Assembly (NCBI GenBank): GCA_964561155.1
Contig: CAZLOI010000001.1
Coordinates: 302,759-366,758, forward strand
Direction of reading: 5' to 3'
Length of the DNA: 64,000 nt
From: an uncultured Candidatus Saccharibacteria bacterium
GTDB taxonomy: Bacteria; Patescibacteriota; Dojkabacteria; J137
Shown here in pieces: positions 50,140 through 60,498 of this stretch; positions within the stretch are counted from its first letter, which is position 1, and each line of letters opens with the position of its first letter. Both the position numbers and the translations under genes were made by a program. The notes under the pieces are model-generated. The model was given only the letters and a program-made list of their open reading frames with translations. It did no database searches and was not told the DNA's origin.

Positions 50140-51512
50140 ATTCTACTTATCTTAAATATTTTAGCTAACATAAACATTAGGAAGAGTAGGGTGAGCAGGA
50201 ATATTGCAGGGCTTATCATTACAGATATTTTAGATAGGTTTGATGTTAATTTAAGTACTAACCTAATAGCTGCATCACAAAGTGAAAGTAGTGGGGTTAG
50301 TATCTGAGCTATTACTAATACAAGCGAAAGAAGCGATACTAAAGGTGAAAGAACTATATTTATCAGTATACTTAGGAGGTTGAATGAGGTCGAGATTACA
50401 ACCAAAGATGGTAGGGTAAATAGAGCTACTGTTACTTGTTCAAGTAGTAGTTTCTTAATAACATTCCCCTTGAAGCTACTTGCTGTAATTATTCCAAGAT
50501 ATGCTGAATAGGATAGAACTAGGCTTAGACTGTAAACATTTAGTGGATTTAGAACTAAGAATATTACTAAGGTGATAAGAATGAGCTTTGCCTTACTTAC
50601 GTAGATCCCATGGTAGGTGAATACTGTGTTTAGAATAAAGAAAAGCAGTGCTCTTAATCCTGACATGTTTGTTATTCCAGCTATCAAAAGGTAAAGAATC
50701 CCAAAAGGGATTGATATAAGGCCTCTTTTTCTTACATCTATAAAAAAGAGACTAGAGTTTACAAGCCCCAGGATTAGAATGAAGTTGTAACCAGAGAGTG
50801 CAATTACATGAAGTATTCCAATTTCTCTAAAGTCTTCCTTCACATCCTTCTCAACTAAAGAGCTATCTCCGAATATGAGTGATTTAGCAAAATCTGCTGC
50901 ACTTTTAGTTAAAGAGTAATCTAGGTTTTGAGTTATGTAATCTTTAATATCGGTTATGAATGGAACACCATTCGTCAGTACATTTATTTCTTTCGGCGAA
51001 ATACTTAAGATTGAGTTCTTTGAGAGCGAGTAGTATGGGTTAGTTTTGCTAACTTTAAATTCACCTTCTACGTTAACTTCTGAAAACAAGTTTAAATCTT
51101 CTTCAGAATATATTCGGACAATCGTGTTGTTAGACATTGAATATCCTTCGTAGTAGTCGCGATACTGGGATATTATTACAAACTCATTGTCAATATTGTT
51201 TGTACCTATCTTAGCTATATTATTTATAAATATAAAGGAGTAGAGGATACCTATGATTGAAATTAGTATTACTTTAAAAGCTTGTTTCCCATCATGATTT
51301 ATTAGTATGCCTAAGCCGATAAGTACAATGGGTATTGAATATGAGGCTATTCCAATTATAAGAGCTAGGCAATACTTGCTTATATTGGAGTTGAGCAGGT
51401 ATCGAATAGATCTTGATAGTTTTCTTTTGACAGATAACAAATATCTGATGCTATTCCAGAAAAAGGTCCTCATAGAAGATTCCACTAAATGTGAATGTAG
51501 AGTAGTTTTCAA
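50136..51512 (-). CDS. ComEC/Rec2-like polytopic membrane protein (competence channel domain, lacking the MBL domain)
   Basis: It has ~8-10 TM helices, and its gene immediately precedes and overlaps the MBL gene. In other bacteria this architecture is a single ComEC polypeptide. Confidence 0.6.
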   Translation of the reverse strand: MKTTLHSHLVESSMRTFFWNSIRYLLSVKRKLSRSIRYLLNSNISKYCLALIIGIASYSIPIVLIGLGILINHDGKQAFKVILISIIGILYSFIFINNIAKIGTNNIDNEFVIISQYRDYYEGYSMSNNTIVRIYSEEDLNLFSEVNVEGEFKVSKTNPYYSLSKNSILSISPKEINVLTNGVPFITDIKDYITQNLDYSLTKSAADFAKSLIFGDSSLVEKDVKEDFREIGILHVIALSGYNFILILGLVNSSLFFIDVRKRGLISIPFGILYLLIAGITNMSGLRALLFFILNTVFTYHGIYVSKAKLILITLVIFLVLNPLNVYSLSLVLSYSAYLGIITASSFKGNVIKKLLLEQVTVALFTLPSLVVISTSFNLLSILINIVLSPLVSLLSLVLVIAQILTPLLSLCDAAIRLVLKLTSNLSKISVMISPAIFLLTLLFLMFMLAKIFKISRI

Positions 51513-51595
51513 GCATGAATAGCTTAAGTGCTAGTGCTATGCAAAGAAGAATTAGGAGTAAGTAGTTCCTTGGTTTCATTCAAGGATTGTAGCTC

Positions 51596-52357
51596 TTAGA
51601 GAGTTTGGATTACTATGTTCTGCAATACAATATCTTCTACAGGTCTTGAGAAGTTGGAATCTGCTTCGTCTACAGTTACGCTATTGATACTCTGTAGTGT
51701 ATCGGTACCGCTAGTCACTATGCCTATTGGTGTAAACTTCCCATTGAAGTAGTTGTGAATGTTGTTAGAACTATCCGCAAGAACGACGAAGAACTGTGTA
51801 GAAACTGTGTCATATCCGTCTGTGGCCATGAATACCGTATATTGAGTTGAAGCAGGTGTTGTTACTGAGAAGTTTTCTTCTAAACCTGAGTTAACTAGCT
51901 CTTGCTTGTATTCATCTGTTAAGGGAAGCAAGCTTAAGTTTATTTCATCTTTCATTACGTATCCCGCCCTACCTTGACCATCGTTTTGAAGATCATCGTC
52001 TAGTGTATTTCTATCACCTCCTTGAAGAAGTACATGAGGAACTAGCCTATGAAATATTGTATCTACATAGAAGTCACTGTTAGAGAGGTATATGAAGTTG
52101 TTTACATTCTGAGGGGCGGTCTTCTCGTATAAGTCTACTGTAAAGCTTCCTTTGCTTGTATTGAATATAGCAATGTAGTTATTGTCTGTATTGATTGTGT
52201 ACTCTGGAGCATCAGCAAACTCATCTGCTGGATTAAAAACGTTACCGAAGGATAGGATCTTACCTACCGAGATGTTCTGGCCTACCATTATGAATATTCC
52301 GAAGAATACTAGTATTCCAACCAGGTATAGAAAAATTTGATTTTCTTCTTTAAACAT
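51596..52357 (-). CDS. Cyclophilin-type peptidyl-prolyl cis-trans isomerase with an N-terminal membrane anchor
   Basis: DTIFHRLVPHVLLQGGD matches the cyclophilin core (FHRvI.gFMiQGGD). Confidence 0.75.
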   Translation of the reverse strand: MFKEENQIFLYLVGILVFFGIFIMVGQNISVGKILSFGNVFNPADEFADAPEYTINTDNNYIAIFNTSKGSFTVDLYEKTAPQNVNNFIYLSNSDFYVDTIFHRLVPHVLLQGGDRNTLDDDLQNDGQGRAGYVMKDEINLSLLPLTDEYKQELVNSGLEENFSVTTPASTQYTVFMATDGYDTVSTQFFVVLADSSNNIHNYFNGKFTPIGIVTSGTDTLQSINSVTVDEADSNFSRPVEDIVLQNIVIQTL

Positions 52358-53054
52358 TAGCGTTTTGTCTAACTACTTCAAACATTATTATAGAAGCAGC
52401 GACACTCATGTTCAATGAGTTTACTAGGCCAAATTGAGGAATTGTTAAAATTTCATCACATTTCTCTGTGACTTCGGCAGACAAACTCTTGTCTTCACCA
52501 CCGATAATGTATAACCCATTGTTGTTTAGAACTTTGTCTGTATATACATCACCACCTCTCTCAATTCCGTAAATAAAGTAACCTCGATCTTTAAAATCCT
52601 TAATTGTTTGGAATATAGATCCTTGTATTACATTTGTATGAAAAACAGCTCCTGTAGAGATCTTTGCCACTGTAGAGGTAACTTTAACATCTTTAGGGAC
52701 GATAACTCCACCAAAACCTGAGCATTCTACGGAACGAATTATAGCTCCTACATTCTGTTCGAATGTCGAATCGTATATGTAGATAAAGGGTTTCTCTTCG
52801 TAGAATAGTTCGCCGTTTAGTTCTGAATACGTATAATCAACATAACAGGCAACACCTTGGTGTTCCTTGTTATCAGTCATTCGACTTAATTCTTTTCGGG
52901 AGATTTCTTTAATAGCGGTTTTTGTTTTCTTCGCAAGGTTTCTAATTAGTGTGATCTTTTCAGAATCATCAATTCCTTGTTCTAGGAATAGAGTATCTAC
53001 GTTGAATTTAGATCTAAGGGATTCTAATACAGTGTTTCTTCCGTAAGCTAACAT
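52350..53054 (-). CDS. SpoU/TrmH-family RNA 2'-O-methyltransferase (RlmB-like)
   Basis: A SpoU_sub_bind-like N-terminus (YGRNTVLESL), and a C-terminal IIGGEDKSLSAEVTEKCDEILTIPQFGLVNSLNMSVAASIIMFE SPOUT knot. Confidence 0.75.
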   Translation of the reverse strand: MLAYGRNTVLESLRSKFNVDTLFLEQGIDDSEKITLIRNLAKKTKTAIKEISRKELSRMTDNKEHQGVACYVDYTYSELNGELFYEEKPFIYIYDSTFEQNVGAIIRSVECSGFGGVIVPKDVKVTSTVAKISTGAVFHTNVIQGSIFQTIKDFKDRGYFIYGIERGGDVYTDKVLNNNGLYIIGGEDKSLSAEVTEKCDEILTIPQFGLVNSLNMSVAASIIMFEVVRQNANV

Positions 53055-53080
53055 GGTTGTGTGTTAAAGAAGTAGTGGGA

Positions 53081-53323
53081 TTACTTAGTATGTTCAGCTT
53101 CAGCCATTTTTCGTAGCTTTTTGTAAGCCTTCATTGAAATCTTTACTCTTTTTACTGTACCGTTAACTTCCAATTTTACTTTTCGTAAGTTTGGTTTCCA
53201 AGTTCTTCTTGTGTTCTGTGCTTTGAACGACCATTTACCTCCTCCTCCTGAAGATCCTCGTCTATGTTTCTTGTTTCCACCAAAAGATGTTTTTTTGCCT
53301 AATATTTCGTCTACTCTTGCCAT
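53081..53323 (-). CDS. rpmB: 50S ribosomal protein L28 with a Gly-rich insertion
   Basis: MARVDEILGKK…GNKKH…NTRRTWKPNL…VKRVKISMKAYK matches the L28 pattern; it carries an extra RRGSSGGGGK. Confidence 0.75.
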   Translation of the reverse strand: MARVDEILGKKTSFGGNKKHRRGSSGGGGKWSFKAQNTRRTWKPNLRKVKLEVNGTVKRVKISMKAYKKLRKMAEAEHTK

Positions 53324-53459
53324 ATGATTTTTCTTTGAATAACGTCGAATTTTAAACGATTTTGGTTAACTTTACAACCCTAAAATGCTATACTTTCGAG
53401 AATTTCTGGATTGACAATGAATAAATATCATTTAAAATCACAGAGCCTTTAAAAATTAT

Positions 53460-53532
53460 GCCGCTTTAGCTCAGTTGGTAGAGCAACTGTTTTGTAAACA
53501 GTGGGTCCTGGGTTCGAGTCCCAGAAGCGGCT
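53460..53532 (+). tRNA. tRNA-Thr (UGU)
   Basis: Acceptor GCCGCTT/AAGCGGC, anticodon stem ACTGT/ACAGT, loop UUUGUAA. Confidence 0.9.
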
Positions 53533-53541
53533 TATTAATGT

Positions 53542-53625
53542 CCGAGAATGGCGGAGTGGTCAAACGCACCTGACTGTAAATCAGGCAGCCTACGGCTTTC
53601 GGAGGTTCGAATCCTTCTTCTCGGA
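53542..53625 (+). tRNA. tRNA-Tyr (GUA), type II with long variable arm
   Basis: Acceptor CCGAGAA/TTCTCGG, anticodon stem CCTGA/TCAGG, loop CUGUAAA, variable arm CAGCCTACGGCTTTC, T loop TTCGAAT. Confidence 0.85.
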
Positions 53626-53705
53626 TATTTACAAAAATACCCTCACTTTCCTATATTCAGGAATAATTTCCAATAATTATCTTTATATTGATATAATTCC
53701 AATGC

Positions 53706-53778
53706 GCTGAAATAGCTCAGTTGGTAGAGCACACCCATGGTAAGGGTGAGGTCTCGGGTTCGACTCCCGATTTCAGCT
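53706..53778 (+). tRNA. tRNA-Thr (GGU)
   Basis: Acceptor GCTGAAA/TTTCAGC, anticodon stem CACCC/GGGTG, loop AUGGUAA, T loop TTCGACT. Confidence 0.9.
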
Positions 53779-53836
53779 TTTTATTCTTCAAATCAATACT
53801 TCTCCAGTTTATAATGATCATATATTAAATAAAAAT

Positions 53837-54202
53837 ATGTCAGCAGCAAACCCAAAGTTCAAAGATATAGATGACTACGCAAGTAAATTCTCCCCTGAAA
53901 TCCAAGAAGTAATACAGAAATTGAGACATATAATTAAAGAAGTAGCGCCTGATTGTGATGAATCAATAAGCTACGATATGCCTGCTTTTAAACTCAATGG
54001 ACAATACCTTACATACTTTGCTGCTTGGAAGACTCATATTGGTTTCTATGGTACTTTTGGAATGGAATCCTTTAAAGAAGAGTTATCAGAGTATGAATCT
54101 TCAGGAAGAGGTACTGTTCAATTTCCTTTCGACAAACCTTTCCCTTACGATCTAATCAGAAGAATTATAGAGAAAAGGGTAGCTGAGATTAAAACAGCGT
54201 AA
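53837..54202 (+). CDS. DUF1801 (YdhG-like) domain protein
   Basis: KFKDIDDYASKFSPEIQEVIQKLRHIIKEVAPDCDESISYDMPAFKLNGQYLTYFAAWKTHIGFY fits the YdhG/DUF1801 pattern (from memory). Confidence 0.55.
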   Translation: MSAANPKFKDIDDYASKFSPEIQEVIQKLRHIIKEVAPDCDESISYDMPAFKLNGQYLTYFAAWKTHIGFYGTFGMESFKEELSEYESSGRGTVQFPFDKPFPYDLIRRIIEKRVAEIKTA

Positions 54203-54304
54203 CCTTCAATCAGTAATCTCTACAGACTTTCCCCCATTATTATTATAGGTGGTTCTCAATTTCCGATGACAAAGTTAGAATCCATGATAAGTTAAAAAAA
54301 TAAT

Positions 54305-55288
54305 ATGCCTAAAAGAAGAAACTATGATGGAATCGATGGAGAGAGGAAAATTGTTAGAGATAATTCATTAGATCAAGAGAAGATATCAAGAAGCGGAAGA
54401 CTTGTTGAAAGAGTTAAAAAGAGATACACCAGAGAACTGACCGAGAGAGAAAAGAAAGACAGGAGAACATTAATTAAGGTAGCCCTAGGTTTAGGTCTAA
54501 TGGCAGGTTCTGGAGCTGCTGGTCTTTACGCGCTACTTAACCCAAGCAAACCTAACCCTATTACAGGGGAAGCGGTTAAGCAACCAGTAGTTGAGAACAA
54601 GATAGCTGCAGAGTTAAGTCCTGAAGAACTTGAAATAGTTAATGCAGCAATTAATGATTTCTATAGAACATACGGAGTTGCTGGAGTATATCTAGAACTT
54701 TTGGATAATCAATTCGATGATGGAGTAGAAGTATACGCATCCCCAAGTGAGCTTATCCTAGATATAGAACAGATTAAACTATCCGCGTCTGAATCAAATC
54801 TAACTGTTGAGGAGTATTTGAGATTCATAATACTTGGAAACATGAGTGCTACATTACAAATACCAGGAAGTAGAGAGATAGAAGGTGAATTCTTCTTGAG
54901 AACAGGGTTTATGAAGGAATATAAAGGCTTTGGAGTTAATCTAGTAGATAGAGAAGGGGGATTATCATCTTTATCTAGTGTTGAAATTAGCTTTCGAGAT
55001 GCCTTTGCATCAGTTGTAGATGGAGAGTACTTAGATGTATCACAAAACGCTGAAGGTATCCTTCTAGCAGGAAAGTTACTTCAAAGTAGCGGTATTTCCA
55101 TTAACCAAGCATTGGAGCTTAACAAAAATCATTCCTTCTATGAGTTTCTAGGTGCAATTACTGGAGTTGATCAACCATTGGTTGAAGATGTTGACTTTGT
55201 AATTGGTCTATTTGATAGAGCATTGGTTGGTGAGAATGCAGATGCTTTGTTCGAAGAATTCCAAACAAAATTCAGCAAAGAATCATAA
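54305..55288 (+). CDS. Hypothetical single-pass membrane protein (327 aa)
   Basis: A basic N-terminus, then a TM (LIKVALGLGLMAGSGAAGLYALL), then a soluble domain of unknown function. Confidence 0.5.
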   Translation: MPKRRNYDGIDGERKIVRDNSLDQEKISRSGRLVERVKKRYTRELTEREKKDRRTLIKVALGLGLMAGSGAAGLYALLNPSKPNPITGEAVKQPVVENKIAAELSPEELEIVNAAINDFYRTYGVAGVYLELLDNQFDDGVEVYASPSELILDIEQIKLSASESNLTVEEYLRFIILGNMSATLQIPGSREIEGEFFLRTGFMKEYKGFGVNLVDREGGLSSLSSVEISFRDAFASVVDGEYLDVSQNAEGILLAGKLLQSSGISINQALELNKNHSFYEFLGAITGVDQPLVEDVDFVIGLFDRALVGENADALFEEFQTKFSKES

Positions 55289-55340
55289 ATTGTATTGCAA
55301 TACATAGTTCAGGTGGTCTCTTTCATGAGATAACATCTGA

Positions 55341-56165
55341 ATGAAAAATTTAGAATTTCAAATTAATCTTCTATTGCAAAAAGGTTTTGGTAATAGAAAT
55401 GTGAATAAGGTACTAAAGGATAGTCCTACAGCTAGCACTTTCGAGAAAAATATAGCTAACATATTTAAGAATGCTGGCAAAGAAATCAAACACTACTTTC
55501 TTCAGGTACAAAAGATGCTAACCAAAGCAGATCTAAGTGGGGTTAAACTCTTATCCTACTATGATAAAGAGTATCCAGAGTTACTAAGACAAATACCAGA
55601 TTCACCATTAGTAATCGCCTACAAGGGAGACATCTCATTACTGAAAAGTAATTGTATTAGTATCGTTGGAACTAGAAACCCAAGTCATTATGGAATTACT
55701 GTGACTAAAGAGTTATGTAATTACCTAAGCGGAAAAGGGCTTACTACAGTTAGCGGAATGGCGTTTGGTATAGATTCCTTGGTACATATTAACTCCACTA
55801 AGACTATTGCTGTTTTGCCTACATTCCCTTCGAAACCTATTCCTGTAAGCAACAAAGATATCTATGAAGACATTCTTAACAAGGGTGGACTTATTATTTC
55901 AGATAACTTATTCGATGAAGGTATTCAAAACTATATGTATGTAAGCAGGAATAGAATAATTGCAGGCTTATCAAGAAAGACTGTAGTAACAGAGGCTGGA
56001 GAGACAAGTGGTGCCTTAATTACCGCACAGTATGCTCTAGATTACGATCGAGATGCGTATGCAATTCCTGGTAGTATTTCTTCTAAAGAATCTTTGGGTT
56101 GCAACAAATTAATCGATACAAATGTTGCGAAGATTCTAACCAGTTTTGAAGATCTCATTGACTAG
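55341..56165 (+). CDS. dprA: DNA-processing protein DprA (Smf)
   Basis: Rossmann-fold core ISIVGTRNPSHYGITVTKELCNYLSGKGLTTVSGMAFGIDSLVH; classic dprA-topA gene order. Confidence 0.8.
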   Translation: MKNLEFQINLLLQKGFGNRNVNKVLKDSPTASTFEKNIANIFKNAGKEIKHYFLQVQKMLTKADLSGVKLLSYYDKEYPELLRQIPDSPLVIAYKGDISLLKSNCISIVGTRNPSHYGITVTKELCNYLSGKGLTTVSGMAFGIDSLVHINSTKTIAVLPTFPSKPIPVSNKDIYEDILNKGGLIISDNLFDEGIQNYMYVSRNRIIAGLSRKTVVTEAGETSGALITAQYALDYDRDAYAIPGSISSKESLGCNKLIDTNVAKILTSFEDLID

Positions 56166-56267
56166 AAACTTGACAGAAAGCTTAACTAGAACTAATATGC
56201 GTTTTCGTAAGGGCAATATGTTAGGATATATTTTGAAGGGCAAAACGTATTTAAATTAAGATTAATT

Positions 56268-58556
56268 ATGAAACTAGTTATTGTTGAGTCTCCGTCTAAG
56301 GCTTCTACTATAAAGAAGTATTTGGGAGAGGGCTACATTGTAAAGGCTTCGAAAGGTCATGTAATTGATCTTCCTAAGTCAGGTCTTGGTGTAGATGTTG
56401 AAAACAACTTTAAACCAGAGTACATAGTTACAAAGAAGGATTCTCTATCAGAACTAAAGAAAGCATACAAAGGTGCAGATAAACTAATACTGGCTGTCGA
56501 CTTGGACCGGGAGGGAGAAGCGATTGGATGGCATATAGCTCGTGAGCTAGGTGCTATTACAGATGATGGTAAAGCAAAGAAAGGAAAGAGTATTGAAAGA
56601 ATTGTATTCAGTGAAATTACTAAGGATGCTATTCAAGCAGCAATAAATTCTCCAAGAGAAATAGATGTGAATCTAGTTAACGCTCAACAAGCAAGAAGAG
56701 TTCTTGATAGATTGGTTGGTTACAAGCTTTCACCGCTACTTTGGAAGAAGATATCATTCGGACTTTCAGCGGGTAGAGTTCAATCAGTAGCACTAAGACT
56801 AGTTTGTGAACGAGAGGATGAAAGAGATGCATTTAAATCAGAAGAATATTGGAGCGTTGAATCATATACAGATTCTAAAAAAGGTGCAGTAAATTTTCAG
56901 TATCAGATTAAAGATTCAGAAGAGGAAGATGATGATTCAGAAGGAGGTGATACACACAAGGAAGTTGAAGAAAGCAAAGATCTATTAAAATTTGTCTTAT
57001 TCAAGATAAATGAAAAGGATCCAGAGATTAAGAACAAGGCACAAGCAGAGAAAATTATTGAATTTGTCACACCAAAGGATTGGATAATATCTGCAAATGA
57101 CAAGAATAGATCAAAAAGAGCAACGAAACCACCATTTATCACAAGTACATTCCAGCAAGCAGCAGTTAATATCTTAGGATATTCAGCAAAGAGAGCTATG
57201 AGTATTGCTCAGAAACTATACGAATCTGGAAACATTACTTACATGAGAACAGACTCTGTTTACATGGGTGAATCTGCTCAGAAGCAGGGAGAAGCATACA
57301 TTCTTAAGGAATTTGGAAAGGAATACCTTCCAGAAAAACGAAATTTCTTTAAATCAAGCAACAAGGCAGCACAAGAAGCACACGAATGTATTCGTCCAAC
57401 AGATCTTACTAGATCTGGAGATGCACTAGGATTGGAGATGGAATCAAAGAGAGTTTACGACTTAATTAGAAACAGAGCTTTGGCGTCTCTTATGGCACCA
57501 GCAGAGATTGAAGGCTTGGTAATTGATGTTGTTATTGGAGAATACAAGTTTAGAGCAAATGGAAAGAGAGTCATTTTCCCAGGATATTTGAGAGTGATGA
57601 AAGAGAAACTAGGTGAAGTCGAGTTACCAGATCTACAGATAGGGGACAAGGTATACCCAAGAGATGTTCTAGGAATACAGCACTTTACACAACCACCTGG
57701 AAGATATTCAGAAGCAACTTTAATTAAAAAGATGGAAGAACTAGGAATAGGTCGACCTTCTACATACGCATCGATAATTTCTACCTTAATGGATAGAAGA
57801 TATGCAGAGAATGTAAGTCGATATCTTGTTCCAACAGATGTAGGAAGATTAGTAAACAAGCTTTTGACAATGTATTTCATGGATATTGTTGACTATGAGT
57901 TCACAGCTCAAATGGAAGACAAGCTAGATATTATTGCTGAAGGAAAACTAGAATGGACCAAGATGTTAACAGAATTCTACTTCCCATTTGAGAAGGAGAT
58001 TGCCAAGCAGGATAAGAATATAGATAGAAACTTGTTCAAACAGCTAGGTACATCAGATGAGAAGTGTCCGGAGTGCGGAAAGCCTATGGTTATTAAGTTA
58101 GGCAAGTATGGCAAGTTCTTAAGTTGTAGCGATTACCCTACATGTAAAGGAATCATGGCTTTGGAGGAATCTGTCCAAGATATGAAACTGGATCCTGAGA
58201 AGTTTGAATCAGCACCATTGACTGAAGACAAGAGAGAGTTTCAACTAAAAAAAAGTAGGTTCGGAACATTCTGGGCTCACCCAGATTATCCTAAGGTTAA
58301 GGATGCTAGACCATTGCTACTAAAAGAGAAATGTCCTGAGTGCGGAAGTGCAACTGTAGAGAGAAAAGGAAAGTTTGGAAGAACATTTATCGGTTGTTCA
58401 AGTTATCCTGCATGTAAGTATATTAAGGGAGCAAAATTCAAGAAGGATGATGCAGAAGGAGACAAGGAAAAAGAGGGCGAAGTTAAAGCAAAGAGCGTAA
58501 AAAAGGCTATCAAGAAAACAAAATCTAAGACTAAAACAAAATCAAAGACAAAGTAG
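56268..58556 (+). CDS. topA: DNA topoisomerase I with C-terminal Zn-ribbon repeats and a Lys-rich tail
   Basis: It has a TOPRIM N-terminus (MKLVIVESPSKASTIKKYLG…AVDLDREGEAIGWHI) and the catalytic region ITYMRTDS. The C-terminus has three Cys4 ribbons (CPECGKPMV…CSDYPTCK and others) and a KTKSKTKTKSKTK tail. Confidence 0.95.
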   Translation: MKLVIVESPSKASTIKKYLGEGYIVKASKGHVIDLPKSGLGVDVENNFKPEYIVTKKDSLSELKKAYKGADKLILAVDLDREGEAIGWHIARELGAITDDGKAKKGKSIERIVFSEITKDAIQAAINSPREIDVNLVNAQQARRVLDRLVGYKLSPLLWKKISFGLSAGRVQSVALRLVCEREDERDAFKSEEYWSVESYTDSKKGAVNFQYQIKDSEEEDDDSEGGDTHKEVEESKDLLKFVLFKINEKDPEIKNKAQAEKIIEFVTPKDWIISANDKNRSKRATKPPFITSTFQQAAVNILGYSAKRAMSIAQKLYESGNITYMRTDSVYMGESAQKQGEAYILKEFGKEYLPEKRNFFKSSNKAAQEAHECIRPTDLTRSGDALGLEMESKRVYDLIRNRALASLMAPAEIEGLVIDVVIGEYKFRANGKRVIFPGYLRVMKEKLGEVELPDLQIGDKVYPRDVLGIQHFTQPPGRYSEATLIKKMEELGIGRPSTYASIISTLMDRRYAENVSRYLVPTDVGRLVNKLLTMYFMDIVDYEFTAQMEDKLDIIAEGKLEWTKMLTEFYFPFEKEIAKQDKNIDRNLFKQLGTSDEKCPECGKPMVIKLGKYGKFLSCSDYPTCKGIMALEESVQDMKLDPEKFESAPLTEDKREFQLKKSRFGTFWAHPDYPKVKDARPLLLKEKCPECGSATVERKGKFGRTFIGCSSYPACKYIKGAKFKKDDAEGDKEKEGEVKAKSVKKAIKKTKSKTKTKSKTK

Positions 58557-58677
58557 GTTAATTGATTTTGTGTATATAGTATTAGATGATATAATTACCC
58601 CCAAACCAACACTCATTCAAAATTCCACACCATACGGTGATGAATGGGGAAGTATATTTAATTATTAAATTTAAAAA

Positions 58678-59724
58678 ATGGAAGATAAGATGGAGGATGC
58701 AAATTTTTTCCCAACAGCTTCAGATCTACTTAAAGCAGGTGCTCAGTTTGGACACGAAAAGAGTAGATGGAACCCAAAAATGGCTAAATACATTTTCGGT
58801 GTGAAGAATGGAATACATGTTATTGATTCAACAAAGACTTTAGAGAACCTTGAAAAGGCTCATACCTTCTTGAAGGATGCAGCATCTAGAGGAAATATTC
58901 TATTTGTAGGTACCAAGATGCAAGCTTCTCAGATAATCAAAGATGAGGCTATCAGAGCAGGAGCATTCTTTGTAACTAACAGATGGGCTGGAGGTTTGTT
59001 TACAAACTTCAACATGATTAAACAGAGTCTTGCAAAACTACTTGATTTAGAGAAGCAGTTTGAAGAAGGAGTACAGGGAAGAACAAAGTATGAAGTTGCT
59101 CTAATGAAGAAAGAATGGCAGTCACTAACAAGATTGTACGGAGGAATCAAAGCATTAACTGCAAAGCCAACAGCAGTTGTTGTATTAGATACAAAATTTG
59201 AAAAAGCAGCTGTTAGAGAAGCAAGAAAGGTTGGAATTCCAGTAATTGGAATAGTAGATACAAACTGTGACCCAGAAGTAGCTGACTATGTAATTCCAGC
59301 AAATGATGATGCACTAAATGCAATTAAAATGATCTTTAGAACTCTAGGAAATGCAGTTATGTCTGGAAACGGAGGTAACGGTATCAAACATGAGTTGAAA
59401 GATTACGCTAAACAGGAAGTTAAGATTACAAAAGCTGAAGAGACTGATTCACTAGAAGTTGAAAGAGTATCTTTGGAAGGTGTTGTTGAAGAGGAAACTA
59501 GCAGAACTGTGAGAGCAGTTGCTGAGAAACCAGTTAAATCAACAAGCAAAGCTAAAGGAATCCTAGAGAGAGTAAAGGAAGAAGCTGAAGTAAAGAAAAC
59601 TAAAGTAGAGACAAAGGAAGTGGTTGCAAAGGCTGAAACTGTAAAAGAAAAAGCACCAAAAGCAGCAAAGAAAGTAGAAGAAAAGGATTCGAAGAAGATT
59701 GTAAAAGCAAAGGCAAAGAAGTAA
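58678..59724 (+). CDS. rpsB: 30S ribosomal protein S2 with a ~100-aa Lys/Glu-rich C-terminal extension
   Basis: LLKAGAQFGHEKSRWNPKMAKYIFGVKNGIHVIDSTKT…GTKMQASQII…VVVLDTKFEKAAVREARKVGIPVIGIVDTNCDP. Confidence 0.9.
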   Translation: MEDKMEDANFFPTASDLLKAGAQFGHEKSRWNPKMAKYIFGVKNGIHVIDSTKTLENLEKAHTFLKDAASRGNILFVGTKMQASQIIKDEAIRAGAFFVTNRWAGGLFTNFNMIKQSLAKLLDLEKQFEEGVQGRTKYEVALMKKEWQSLTRLYGGIKALTAKPTAVVVLDTKFEKAAVREARKVGIPVIGIVDTNCDPEVADYVIPANDDALNAIKMIFRTLGNAVMSGNGGNGIKHELKDYAKQEVKITKAEETDSLEVERVSLEGVVEEETSRTVRAVAEKPVKSTSKAKGILERVKEEAEVKKTKVETKEVVAKAETVKEKAPKAAKKVEEKDSKKIVKAKAKK

Positions 59725-59765
59725 GGTTTCTTTAGCCAATAATTTTAAATATTACGTTTAACAAA

Positions 59766-60380
59766 ATGATAAGTTTAGACCAAATCAAAGAGCTAAGAGC
59801 AATATCAGGAGTAGGTGTTAATAACGTTAGAGAAGCGTTAGAGGCAACAAACGGAGATATGGAAGCTGCAATGAGATACTTGAGAGAGAAGGGAATGGCA
59901 AAGGCTGACAAAAGAAAGGATAGAGTAGCTGTAAATGGAGTACTTGGTACTTACATTCACGCTAATCATAAAGTAGTTGTAGTTGTTGAAGTTGGATGTG
60001 AGTCTGATTTCGCTGCAAAGAGTCCTGACCTATTAGTTTTTGCTAATAAAGTTGCTTTGCACGTTGCTGCTATGAATCCAAGATATGTATCTGAAGGAGA
60101 TATCCCAGCAGACTATTTAGAGACAGAGAAGAAAGCAATGGAAGATGACCTACAAGGAAAACCAGATGAGGTTAAAACAAAGATTGTTGCAGGTAAATTA
60201 GAGAAGCTATACAAAGATATAGTTCTAGTTCACCAACCAATGTTTGGAGAAGATGGACTTACTGTTAACGATGCTTTAAATGGCTTGATTGCAAAGGTTG
60301 GAGAGAAGATTATTATCACTCAATTCCATAGATTTGCAGTTTCAGAAGCACCAGTTTCTGCATTACTAACAGCAGAATAA
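59766..60380 (+). CDS. tsf: Elongation factor Ts (short form)
   Basis: An N-terminal UBA-like segment (IKELRAISGVGVNNVREALEATNGDMEAAMRYLREKG) immediately downstream of rpsB. Confidence 0.85.
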   Translation: MISLDQIKELRAISGVGVNNVREALEATNGDMEAAMRYLREKGMAKADKRKDRVAVNGVLGTYIHANHKVVVVVEVGCESDFAAKSPDLLVFANKVALHVAAMNPRYVSEGDIPADYLETEKKAMEDDLQGKPDEVKTKIVAGKLEKLYKDIVLVHQPMFGEDGLTVNDALNGLIAKVGEKIIITQFHRFAVSEAPVSALLTAE

Positions 60381-60498
60381 TATTGTTTCGATCTTAAACC
60401 TGTAGATGTACTAAAATGCATCTGCAGGTTTTTTAGTTTCTGTATAAGCAAAGCTTAACCTTTGGTATAATCAACTTAATATATTTTACAAATACCTT

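Noticed and set aside
53460-53778. Treating the tRNA Thr-Tyr-Thr cluster as evidence of a mobile element
   Set aside because: The same tRNA set (thrU-tyrU-…-thrT) is a conserved housekeeping cluster in many bacteria, and no integrase or repeat is adjacent.
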